Origin: Sphaerodactylus townsendi
Lineage: Eukaryota
Direction: 5' to 3'
Assembly: GCF_021028975.2 (NCBI RefSeq)
Contig: NC_059439.1
Span: 20,770,001 to 20,834,000 of the forward strand
Length of the DNA stretch: 64,000 nt
Shown here: piece by piece, positions 48,601 through 59,793 of the stretch
How the letters are laid out: every line of letters begins with the position of its first letter
Numbering within the stretch: position 1 is the stretch's first letter
The notes under the pieces: generated by a model
Told to the model about the DNA's origin: nothing
Database searches by the model: none
Seen by the model: only the letters and a program-made list of their open reading frames with translations
Position numbers and translations under genes: made by a program

Positions 48601-51600
48601 AACTCCTTGACAAATACACAGTTCTTGTGAAAAGCAAAGCCAATGTATATGTAGCATATGGGACACCGACATCCATGCATGCCTTGAGAATGCTGGTGTT
48701 CGAAGCGGAAGGAGCTTTATCACTTTTTCCAGGTAAAGTGTGGATCACTACATCTCAATGGACCTTTGAATCATGGACCCTTCAAAGGATTTGGGATACA
48801 CAAGTCTTTCATGGGGCCATTTCCTTCACAATTCACTCCAATAACCCACCAAGATTCACTAAATTCCTCCAAACAATAAACCCTTCCTGGGCTAAAGGTG
48901 ATGATTTTATCCGGAGCTTCTGGGAGGAGGCATTTGGCTGTACATTGAAACATGCTGATGAACATGAGCACGAACCCTGCACTGGGAAAGAGAGTCTGGA
49001 AAGTCTTCCTGGGATTCTGTTTGAAATGAGCATGTCCGGCCAGAGCTATAACATCTACAATGCGGTTCATGCTGTGGCACGTGCTTTGCATGCCATGTAC
49101 ATCTTGAGAGCCAACCCCAGAAAACTGATAGAAGGATGGAGGATGGAATTCTGGAATGTGCAGCCATGGCAGGTAATTTTAAATGCCAAGTATCACACTG
49201 TTTTGAAAGTGAGCAGCACACTACCTGAACATACATGATCACTTGCTCAAGACACCTGTGCCATCCATGACACGGGGACTAACTTCTGGTTAACCAATGC
49301 TTATGTAGTATAAGTCATGCAGCATAATAGCAAAAGAGTTTCTTCCCCTAAGTTCCCAGGAATCTAAAGTCAAATAGAGGAAAATAACATTGTTCAATCA
49401 AGCAACTATCATAACATTGCGAGAACTCAAAGTAATCTTAGATCTAGACAAAAAAGGAGTGTGAGAAATTCACACTAATGTTTTCTTTATCAAATTCAAA
49501 GACCTTTATTAGGCATCAAGAGAAAATACAGATAAAACTGTGCAGTAATATGATCCTGAGTTTGACAGGGTAAAACAACTGCTACAGGGTAAAACAACTG
49601 CGCTTTCTATATCTTGTAATCCTTTGTTTCATTTTCTCTTTTAATGTAGGTCCACCACTTTCTAAGGAGCATCCAGTTCAATAACAGTGTTGGAGAAATG
49701 GTGCGGTTTAATGAAAATAAAGAATTGGTTACTGTTTTTGATGTAACCAACTGGGTAACTTTCCCAAATAGCTCTTTCACAAGAGTCAAGGTGGGAAGAC
49801 TGGATCCCTGGGCATCTCCAGGCCAAGAGTTAACCCTTTGTGCTGATCAAATTGTCTGGCACACAAGCTTTAACCAGGTAAGGCATAGAAGCAGGCGAAT
49901 CTTTCACACATTGTGGGACCTCATACTGCCAAATGAGGCTCATGAGACCTGCTTTGGATCAGACTCCGAATTCTCAAATGACAGCTTCTTTCATTAGTTT
50001 CTTACAATTATATCCTAACCATCTTAGTAATCTTTTTACTTCATGGGTTCCTCTTTTGAAACAAAAAAAAAATCTCAATAATTTTTTTCCGTATTGTATG
50101 ACTACCTTTTGCCATTAAAAATCTGTATACTATTTCAGAACAAATCTTGGTGCTACGTTTCAGCAAAAAGTGAAACATAGTCTCTTTATTCATTCATAAA
50201 CAGATGGGGTCTGCTCTGGACCATCTTTGTTATCTGGCTTGATGCTTATGTGTATTCCATAGGAAAACAGCAAAGGCCACTCTTACTGTTATTTGCTGCA
50301 GTGATTGAGACCAGCTCTTCACATTATATGTGAACTTAATCTACATTTTATGAAACAAACCATTTCCGCTCTACATATCACTGATGCTTATCCCATTTTT
50401 TGGTTGGTGGACAGGTGCAGCCCATTTCCGTGTGCAATGACAGCTGCCATCCAGGACACAGCAAGATAAAGATCGAGGGGGAGAAATTTTGCTGCTATGA
50501 TTGTGCCCTGTGCCCAGCAGGGATGATTGCTGAGCAGAAAGGTAAAAGGCACAGTAGGGGCAGAGCAAGGGGGAACTGAACCCGGGGCGTGCATGCGCCC
50601 TGCACCCCTGCTGCGGCACCGCCCAGCACCACCCTGGAACGCCTGGCCACACCCCAGCCATGCCCCTGGATGTCACCACCACCCTGCCCAGTGGGTGCTA
50701 CGCCATTGAGGCATAGTGCACAATAGACTGAAAACTGAACAGGAATAAAACACTTGCCAATAACAGCAATGTCATACCCACAAAATAGTACGTTTTGGTA
50801 GCCAGGGCTTATTGATGCCACTACTCAGGACTTCAATCTCTGGTCATCGTGGCAGACTAAATCAATAGCTTATCCAATACCCTAGAAAATGTAGGAGGAA
50901 TAAACTCTCTTACAGAATCCCTACAGGTTAACATGGTGAATGGTGGACAGTGCCATCACATTTCAGTTGACTTAGGGTGCCTCCTCATGAAGTTTTCCAT
51001 GCAAGAACATTTCAAAGGTGGTTTGCCTTTGCCAAATATTTATGACAGTTTATCCCCATTGGTTATATTTTATTTCATTTTTAATCAGATGTATATCCCA
51101 CCTGAGGCAGTTTATTGTAAGACTCAGGGTGGCTAACATTTAAAAAGCTGCAATCAGTTAAAACGACATAATATTCGTAGTGAAAATTAAAAGCCCACAT
51201 AGTATACATAGCAAAATTTAAAGCCTTCTCAATTTTCAAATAATATTTTGTGACCACTGAGGAACACAATTATTGGAATGCTTTTGACCTTTTATTCATG
51301 ATTTCTAAGGAAAGGGATATTTTGCATTTATTCCTACATTATAATATATTTATCATCCCTGCTTTTGAAATATATACATGTTACTTGATAGTGATGAATA
51401 CATAATGTCAGGAATAGGTTGCAGAGTCTTTTTACACTATGAAAACTAACAGGAAAGCAAGGAGAAGAAGAATTTGAGAAGTGTATCAAAGGATGAGTGG
51501 GAAGTCAAAAAGAATACTCAGGCCGTTTCTGCACGGCCCATATACGACGGCCTGGGGGCGGTAAAAACGCCGCCCCCAGGCCGCCGTTTCAAAGATACGC

Positions 51601-52992
51601 CGCTAAGCCGCAACGCGAGCAGCGGCGCATCTGAATGCGCTTCCCCAGGGCTGCCTCAGGTCGCTTCTAAACAACAACCCTTTTAAAGGGTTGTTGGGGA
51701 GGGAGCGCTCTTCTGCATGCTGTGCTTAACCGCTGCCAAGAAGACGCTGGTCCTTCATTTTACCGGTAGCCGCTTAATGTTTCGCGGGTGCCGAAGTCTC
51801 GCCTGACACTGCCCCTCCGGCCTCCAGGGGTCGGAGGGCAGCGTATGGGCTGGGCGACGCCGCAGGCGCATACAAGGAGGACACGGTAAGTGGGAGGAGG
51901 GGACCAGGCGGTTCGCGGTGGAGCTGCCGTCGCTCATGTTTGCCCGGCCCGCTTCATGCGTCATTATCGCCCCATGCCGGGCGAACTCACGGCGTAATGC
52001 ACCGAGGTCGCGGCAGAAGCGGCCTCAGAAAACTTTCCAGAAAAGTAGTTCTTGAAATTTTTATGCATTTTCTCCTCTCTTTTTTTCCAGACATGGATGC
52101 CTGTGTCAAATGTCCAGATGGCAATTATCCCAACAACAAGCAAAATGAATGCATTCCCAGCATTATAAGCTATCTCTCCTACAAAGAACCCCTGGGCATT
52201 GTCCTAGCTACGTTGGCTATTTCTTTTTCTCTGCTGACAGCTTTGGTGCTTGCAACTTTTATAAAATACCAGGACACCCCCATCGTCAAAGCCAACAACC
52301 TGAGCCTCACTTACATTCTCCTTACCTCTCTCCTGCTTTGTTTCCTCTGTTCCTTAGCCTTTATTGGGAAGCCTGGAAAGGTGCCCTGTCTTCTCCGACA
52401 AACAGCTTTTGGCATCTTCTTCTCTGTGGCTCTTTCCTCTGTACTGGCCAAAACCATCATTGTGGTCGTGGCCTTCATGGCTACCAAGCCAGAGTCTCGG
52501 ATGAGGAAATGGGTGGGGAAAAGAATGGCCAGTTTCATTGTTCTTGTTTGTTCCTTTCTTCAGTCAAGTATTTGTGGTCTTTGGCTAAGTACCTCCCCTC
52601 CATTCCCTGATAAAGACATGCACTCAGTCTATGGGCAAATCATACTGGGATGTAATGAGGGCTCGGCTACCATGTTTTATATGGTCCTGGGCTATATGGG
52701 ATTCCTGTCCATTGTCACCTTCACAGTAGCTTTCCCAGCCAGGAAGTTGCCTGACAGCTTCAATGAAGCCAAGTTTATCTCCTTCAGCATGCTGGTTTTT
52801 TGCAGCGTTTGGCTGTCCTTCGTTCCAACTTACTTGAGCACTAGAGGGAAAGACATGGTGGCAGTGGAGATCTTCTCCATCTTGGCCTCTGGGGCTGGTT
52901 TACTGGGGTGTATATTTTCTCCAAAATGCTATGTTATTATGCTGAGGCCTGAACTGAACAATAAGAAGCAGCTGCTGAGGACCAATAAATAA
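45658..52992 (+). CDS. V2R-C, vomeronasal type-2 receptor, 6 coding exons: join(45658..45911,47927..48221,48321..49172,49650..49877,50415..50541,52091..52992), ~885 aa
   Basis: GT-AG junctions; exon sizes 254/295/852/228/127/902 = 2658 nt in frame; Venus-flytrap, cysteine-rich and 7TM motifs intact. Confidence 0.93.
47159..47447 (+). pseudogene. Dead duplicate of V2R exon 2 inside intron 1 of V2R-C
   Basis: Acceptor cattgcag retained; 6-nt deletion; in-frame TAA at 47229 and 47433; donor GT changed to GC. Confidence 0.88.
47664..47792. mobile_element. Small palindromic MITE
   Basis: gcagatcccgcatggaccaaaaacag / ctgtttttggcccatgcaaaatctgc; absent at the paralogous site ~63120. Confidence 0.75.
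51521..52024. mobile_element. GC/CpG-rich Harbinger-like MITE in V2R-C intron 5
   Basis: TIR ggccgtttctgc / gcagaagcggcc; 3-bp TSD tca. Confidence 0.8.
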
Positions 52993-53968
52993 ATAATGCA
53001 CATTTGCTTCTGCATACTCCCTTGAAATTATAGACAAATTAATGAAACAAGAGCATAAGAGAACAGAACTTAAGAAAAGCTCTCCTGGATCACACCAGTC
53101 TAGTAGCTATTGATAGACTTATCTTTTAATCACTTTTAAAAATTGCCTATCCCTTGCTCAGCACTCAGAAAGGTTCTATATGGTAGAGATTCAGGAAATA
53201 ATAATTTCCCCTCAGAGTCACAGGAAGTCTGGGATGCAGTGGAGAAGCTGTGTAAAGATTGTCTCCAAGATTGTCAAGAACACTGTCCAGGGAACCGCCA
53301 TTTCTCAGCTCGTGCTGATTGGTTCTTCTCTGGGGAAAGTGATTGCTGAGGTAGAAGGGGAACCATTTCCCCTCCCCTATGTAAGAGAATGTTCCTGTCC
53401 CCGGGTGAGCAGAGAGTCTCAGCAGGAGAGCGTCACCCTTCCAAAAGGGGTGAAGAGCTCTCAAAGTAGACCGCTGCCATTGCAAAGGCCATCCAAAGTT
53501 CATAGGGGTGGCAATACTGGAGTTAATTGAATATGGATCAGCCTAGTCCTGTTTGTATGTACAGTGAAAGAAGCTCTTCCAAACAAATACATGCCAAAAA
53601 AGGAAAACTTACATTTATTTCAAATAAATTCGGATCACAGGCATTGTTCGAGGTGAAAGGTAGATAGACAGAGACCCTACTCTAAAGAGATAACTAACCT
53701 ACAAGTGAGCACGCTAAAGCACTATCAAATATTTGTGAGCATGATCTGCTTTTGTGGAAAAGCGCCACCAGGAGCAGATAGCCATTGCCATTGTGATCGG
53801 TACAAAGGAGAAGAAAGAAAATGGCTGCAGGGTAAAGAGGGCGGAGTTTGTGGGTGGACCCCAGACCTGGAGAACAAACAATAGAACAGCTTTTCTGCCC
53901 CACCCCCCATACAAATAACATCTTTCACACCTGCCATTTATCTCTCTCAGCCCCACCTACCTCACTAG

Positions 53969-54110
53969 GGCCCCTTCCGCACATGCAGAATAATGTACTT
54001 TCAGTCCACTTTAAATGTGCTTTGAAGCTATGAGGAATAGCAAAATCTACATGCGAACAATTGTGAATGTGAATTTAAAAGTGCATTATTCTGCCTGTGC
54101 AGAAGGGGCC
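53969..54110. mobile_element. Palindromic Harbinger-like MITE inserted in a SINE
   Basis: ggccccttccgcac...gcagaaggggcc flanked by tag/tag; interrupts SINE sequence. Confidence 0.8.
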
Positions 54111-54897
54111 TAGGTGTCTTGTGGAGAGAGGAAGGGAAAAGAGTTTGTAAGTTGCCTTGAGTCTCCTTACAGGAAAGAAAGGGGGATATAAATCCAACCC
54201 ACTCCTCTTCCTCTTGTTGCTGTTGTTTTTCCTCTTCTTTTTCTCAAAATATGCATCCGCATCCTCAGCTTGATTCTCCATTTCTGGATAGGAATTACTT
54301 TTTGAAAAATTGTTGCAAGTTTTATGGAACCATTTCTAATGTCAGTTTTAAGACTGCCGTAGACTTCTTGTAACATTCAATAGTCCATTTTTTAAATTGT
54401 ATTTCTCAAATTTCTTAACCGCCCCTCTCAGAACTGGCTCGGGGCAATTTACAAATCGAACAACGATACAATAAAACTATCTCGGCGTGCGTAGACCTGT
54501 AAAATTAAAAGCTGAGTAGCGGTCTAAAATTGTATACTATAATTAGTTTGATTATAATTAAAACAGTCTAAATTTAAAAAAATATTATTTAATAAATTTA
54601 ATAAATGCTACTAACTGAACCAACCCGCTATGGCTGGATCAGAAGGTAGACCGATAAACGATGGTGCCAATCACAACTTAACACCTGCAGTGGAGCAGCA
54701 CACACCTATGGGGGATAGATGGAAAACTGCTGGACCTCAACGGAAGGCCTGGCAGAACACCACAATTTTGCAGGCCCTGTGGAACTCCATTGGGTGCACA
54801 GGTCCCTGATCTCCCCTGGGAGACTGTTCCGCTGGGTAGGGGCCAAGACTAAAAAGGACCTGGGCCGCATTGAGGCCAAAAAGACCTCACAAGGGGC

Positions 54898-55180
54898 AGG
54901 ATGTGGTGATGGCCACTAACCTGGATAGCTTTAAAAGGGGCTTGGACAGATTTATGAAGAAGTCGATTTATGGCTACCAATCTTGATCCTCTTTGATCTG
55001 AGATTGCAAATGCCTTAACAGTCCAGGTGCTCGGGAGCAACAGCCGCAGAAGGCCATTGCTTTCACATCCTGCATGTGAGCTCCCAATGGCACCTGGTGG
55101 GCCACTGCGAGTAGCAGAGAGCTGGACTAGATGGACTCTGGTCTGATCCAGCTGGCTTGTTCTTATGTTCTTATGTTCTT
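54898..55180 (+). mobile_element. CR1 LINE 3' fragment
   Basis: Same family, tail present. Confidence 0.9.
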
Positions 55181-55233
55181 AGGAGTTACAAGGACCTCCT
55201 TTTAGGAATATTTAGGACTATTTATCTCAAATA

Positions 55234-55405
55234 GCCCAGTCTAATCTGAGCTCATCAGAGTTTGGAAGCTGAGCAGGGTTGGTCACAATTAGTAGTTGGG
55301 TGAGAGACACCAAGGAAGACCGTGGTTACTATTAACAGGAAGGCAGTGGCAAACTACTTCTGCTTCTCTCTTAGGATCACCATGAATCAATTGCAGCTCA
55401 ACAGC
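55234..55405 (+). mobile_element. 5S rRNA-derived SINE remnant (paralog at ~42095-42270)
   Basis: gagctcatcagagtttggaagctgagcagggttgg..ttagtagttggg is degenerate 5S sequence followed by a SINE tail. Confidence 0.6.
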
Positions 55406-55492
55406 ATATTCCTCTTGCTCCTCTGTACCCCAGGCCATCCTTAGCCACCATGTGCCAGTTTACAAAAACCTTCAGGGGTGGGGGGAATTGGT

Positions 55493-55730
55493 GGTATTTC
55501 AGTGGAATAAACTTTCAAGCTACTTTGTCCCATGTGGGGCCACAGCAAAGGCCAACCCACTGAGTGATGACTGTCTCCACCATAATTATCAAAATGGATG
55601 GTTTCCTTCTTACTACCCAAAGGATTTCACAAAGTGACTTCAAAGACCAACCACGCCTGAAAGGAGTTATATAACCCCCACAAATTGATCGGAGTTTATG
55701 TTGGACTAGACAGATCTCTGTCAAGATTGG
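55493..55730 (+). promoter_or_regulatory. Conserved V2R upstream block, distal copy before V2R-D
   Basis: Near-identical to 42345-42590; TATATAA at 55668. Confidence 0.45.
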
Positions 55731-56627
55731 CCTTCTTTTCTTCCTATTTTGTCATTCCCCTCTTTTCGTTGGTTCCTCCCAAGCATCTTTCTCATTTCTA
55801 CTTCTTGGTAATTTGATTATGTTTTACAAATACTGGTATCATTCTTCTTTTTAAAATAGTTTTATCCTCTGTTGCTTTCTCTGCCCAGAACAAGGCTTTT
55901 TATTTATTTAAAATGAGCTCCATGAGACAGAGTAGTCATCTCAATCATGGTAGGTTTATCTGCTTGTCCATGAGTGTGTTGGTAAGTGTTACTTGAAAAT
56001 ACAGGTAATAGCTGTGCACACCTTACACATAGAGAGTATTTTGTATGGACTTCACTCCTCAGTTCTGCCCCTGGGCATTAAACCTCTACCTACTGATACC
56101 CACAGAACCTACCTTGGATGGGCAACCCTTATCCACATACTGCCTTTCCAGATTTGTGTATTTGAAGGCTTAGTAAACCTAATGGCAGAACGTTTCAAGT
56201 ATTATTTCCCAGGTTATGCAACTTCCTTCTGAAACGTTGTTAGCACCATTGTCCATTAATTTCTGCCATAAGAAACAGACACTTTTTTTAGAGACAGATG
56301 ATTTTATCTGTACTAATTAAAAAAAATCTTCTGCATCTTCTACAACGACTGAGTGCATATTCAACAGTTTGCTATTATTCTTTATTTAGAAAAAAGATTT
56401 GAGTTTTCCTCAAGTGTTGCATTGTTCTGCTTGCTGTTTTGTCTGGGTTATGAGAAATATGAAATCTACTCCGGTGCAAATATATTTCAGGCTGCCAAAG
56501 CTTTATTTTCTCCTGTATCTTTTCTCTTTTTCAAGAGCATTCAAGTTGGCTTACAAGTGTAAAACATGATGATATATATACTTTAATTTTGACCAAACTC
56601 AGATTGAAACCATAGCTCATTCTCTTT

Positions 56628-57050
56628 GAGCAGCAGTGGCGTAGGAGCAGCAGTGGCGTAGGAGGTTAAGAGCTCGTGTATCTAATCTGGAGGAACTGGG
56701 TGGCGTAGGAGGTTAAGAGTGGCATAGTGGCATAGTGAGCAGCAGTGGCGTAGGAGGTTAAGAGCTCGTGTATCTAATCTGGAGGAACCGGGTTTGATTC
56801 CCAGCTCTGCCACCTGAGCTGTGGAGGCTTATCTGGGGAATTCTGATTAGCCTGTACACTCCCACACATGCCAGCTGGGTGACCGTGGGCTAGTCACAGC
56901 TTCTCGGAGCTCTCTCAGCCCCACCTACCTCACAGGGTGTTTGTTGTGAGGGGGGGAGGGCAAGGAGATTGTAAGCCCCTTTGAGTCTCCTGCAGGAGAG
57001 AAAGGGGGGATATAAATCCAAACTCTTCTTCTTCTTCTTCTTCTTCTTCT
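56628..57050 (+). mobile_element. Young tRNA-derived SINE with reiterated 5' end
   Basis: Same subfamily as 44858-45176; (TTC)n tail. Confidence 0.85.
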
Positions 57051-57349
57051 TTTTCACTGCTTGAGAACCAAGGGAGTCAGAGATAGATATGTAAATTCCA
57101 TACCACTACTCACCATGGCCCCCCCGTGACTCGCTGCAATTCCACTCTTCTGGAATAATACCAACCCTGAGATTGTGGCAAACTTTCTCCTTGAAATAAT
57201 TGAATGCAAATAATCCAGTAATGGGTCTAAGTATGTTTAGAGCATAAGCAATTAACTTCTCTCTTCCTTATTACATCACCTTACTTTAATATTTTGTTGT
57301 TATACTACAATATATTAACCTTGGAATTTAGCATGCCTCTAGCATTAGC

Positions 57350-57679
57350 CAGGGTAGGGGAACTCAGTGGCTCGAGACGTGATGCTCTTTCTGTTCCTCT
57401 TGCACTGCGTCTACGAGTCGAAATGACTGATTCATTCTGCCACCTCCCTGCAGGACGCAGGGCGGGCGCACCAACTGCCCGTGGCCGGCTGGGCAGTGCC
57501 GCGGGCTTCCCCTCTCGCCCACTTCTCAGAATGAGTGGAGTAAAAGGTTAAAAAACCCAATATATACAGTGTTATCTTTATTTTAAATGTCAAAAATTAT
57601 TTGCGGCTCCAAGTGTTTTCTTTTCCCATGGAAAACGGGTTCAAATGGCTCTTTGAGTGTTAAAGGTTCCCTACCCCTG
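57350..57679. mobile_element. hAT-type MITE nested in a LINE fragment
   Basis: cagggtaggggaac...aggttccctacccctg inverted termini; ctctagca present on both sides (left copy offset by 5 bp). Confidence 0.7.
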
Positions 57680-58051
57680 CTCTAGCAGCTCTGAAATGTT
57701 TATCTGCGGTATTAATTTTAGATTCAATATGTGTCTTAATGTCTGTCTTTTGCTAATAGTAATCATAACAAACATGGCCAGTATGATGCAGACAGAATTT
57801 GCTCGTTGTTGGGTGGTTTGGGCCCAGTGGAACGTGAATTGGTGGCCTTCTTTTTGTTGAAGATGTGAACATGGACTGATGTGTCTTGCGGGTTTGCATT
57901 GGATGTGTTTTGCTGTAATGGTTTGTTTTGTAACTGCGGTGTTCTTTTAACATGCCAATAAAGGCTTTCTGTTCTGTTCCACACTTTAACTTTGTATTAG
58001 AATGATTCAGGAAGATGTTTTAATAAAACACAAGGGATTATAGACTTCAAG

Positions 58052-58298
58052 GTTGGGGCTTGGACAGATTTATGGAGAAGTCGATTTATGGCTACCAATC
58101 TTGATCCTCTTTGATCTGAGATTGCAAATGCCTTAACAGACCAGGTAATTGGGAGCAACAGCCGCAGAAGACCATTGCTTTCACATCCTGCATGTGAGCT
58201 CCCAAAGGCACCTGGTGGGTCACTGCGAGTTGCAGAGAGCTGGACTAGATGGACTCTGGTCTGATCCAGCTGGCTTGTTCTTATGTTCTTATGTTCTT
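58052..58298 (+). mobile_element. CR1 LINE 3' fragment
   Basis: Same family; absent at the V2R-C paralogous site. Confidence 0.88.
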
Positions 58299-58620
58299 AA
58301 GTTGTACTATCTCTTGCTAAATCAGTTACATGACTGTGTCGTTTCTGCATTGCTTAACATGTCGTATTAATACATATGCTTCATTTCAATCCTGTTTCAA
58401 CTTTCCTTCAGATTTCGGTTCAGTTTCAGATTTTCTGTAACCCTAATCTTATTATACTGCTTTCTGAAGATCCCATTCTGTTGGTTGTATTGATTTGCAC
58501 TGTATAATATTTGATTTACACTATGTAATATACCATGAGTCACTGAAAAAGGCACACTAAATAAAATAAAATAAAATAAAAAATCATGTCTCTACAATAA
58601 ATCTATACAGTTTCCTTCCG

Positions 58621-59480
58621 TTTGCTTATGAATAATTTTCACCACTGCTGGGTGGCCAAACATTTTTTCCTTCCATGTATGAGATGGTCCCCACTGAGTC
58701 CTACCAGTACATGGAAACTCTTTGGTTACTTTATCGCTTTAATTGGTCATGGGTAGGCCTCTTTGATATGGGTGATGACAACAGGGACAGGTTTTTCGAG
58801 TCACTGATGTCCCCATTTTCCCAGAACTGAATCTGCTATGAATTTACATTAAGAACCCCAAAACTCACTTACACAAATGGTTTGGTAGAACTGCTTTACA
58901 CATAAGAACATAAGAACATAAGAACTAGCCTGCTGGATCAGACCAGAGTCCATCTAGTCCAGCATTCTGCTACTCGCAGTGGCCCACCAGGTGCCTTTGG
59001 GAGCTCACATGCAGGATGTGAAAGCAATGGCCTTCTGCTGCTACTGCTCCTGAGCACCTGGTCTGCTAAGGCATTTGCAATCTGAGATCAAGGAGGATCA
59101 AGATTGGTAGCCATAAATTGACTTCTCCTCCATAAATCTGTCCAAGCCCCTTTTAAAGCTATCCAGGTTAGTGGCCATCACCACCTCCTGTGGCAGCATA
59201 TTCCAAACACCAATCACACGTTGCGTGAAGAAGTGTTTCCTTTTATTAGTCCTAATTCTTCCCCCCAGCATTTTCAATGAATGCCCCCTGGTTCTAGTAT
59301 TGTGAGAAAGAGAGAAAAATTTCTCTCTGTCAACATTTTCTACCCCATGCATAATTTTATAGACTTCAATCATATCCCCCCTCAGACATGTTAGGCAAAT
59401 ATTCAATTCTCATGGATACCAAAGTCAAGGTATATTTATTGTATGGACAACCTACATCAATGTATGTTTGGAGAAGAAAC
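58621..59480 (+). pseudogene. Orphan truncated V2R exon-3 fragment upstream of V2R-D, split by a CR1 insertion
   Basis: Paralog of 44430-44810; acceptor AG mutated to CG; in-frame TGA (cag aac tga); interrupted at 58901-59387. Confidence 0.85.
58901..59387 (-). mobile_element. CR1 LINE 3' fragment
   Basis: (CATAAGAA)n head on +; [32 protein letters not shown]. Confidence 0.92.
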
Positions 59481-59496
59481 ATTCAGGTTGTATTGC

Positions 59497-59670
59497 AACA
59501 AGTGATGTCTCGTCAGAAGCCAACCCATTCTCGCATGATACTCTCCACAACCATTTGACAAAATTAATAATTCCTATTTTATTCCCCAATTTTTTTCACA
59601 GACTGTTAGTCAGACCAATGATAAGCATGTTTGAAAGATTCTATACAAATCCAATATAATGGTTAGCAAA
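59497..59670 (+). promoter_or_regulatory. Conserved V2R upstream block, proximal copy before V2R-D (C counterpart at ~44820-45510 is split by two TEs)
   Basis: gtgatgtctc..cagaagccaaccca..catttgacaaaattaat..ctatacaaatccaa aligns with the V2R-B block. Confidence 0.45.
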
Positions 59671-59793
59671 ATAGCCAAATAAATCTGGTTTTCATTCTTT
59701 GCCCCTTTATATTGAGGCTGTATTTCCTAATTGTTTCCAGACTTCAAAACAAAAAATTCAAATGTCTCTTAACCTGCAGATGGAATCCTGAAG

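Larger units (their letters stand above)
56592..57980 (+). mobile_element. LINE 3' fragment (RTE-X-like) with nested SINE and hAT MITE
   Basis: Absent in the V2R-C unit; flanked by an imperfect 14-bp duplication (atactttaattttg/acactttaactttg); ETIAHSLFHC zinc-knuckle remnant; AATAAA + (TCTGT)n tail. Confidence 0.6.

Noticed and set aside
51940-52090. Extended 350-aa ORF suggesting a stand-alone 7TM protein starting in a MITE (similarly 1547-2596)
   Set aside because: Chance read-through into intron 5; canonical acceptors at 52090 and 2446 explain the exons.
53143-53530. Overlapping 112/116-aa ORFs downstream of V2R-C
   Set aside because: No motif I can assign; unsupported without a homology search.
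55234-55320. 5S rRNA gene and tRNA genes (SINE heads)
   Set aside because: Degenerate and continuous with SINE bodies; not functional RNA genes.
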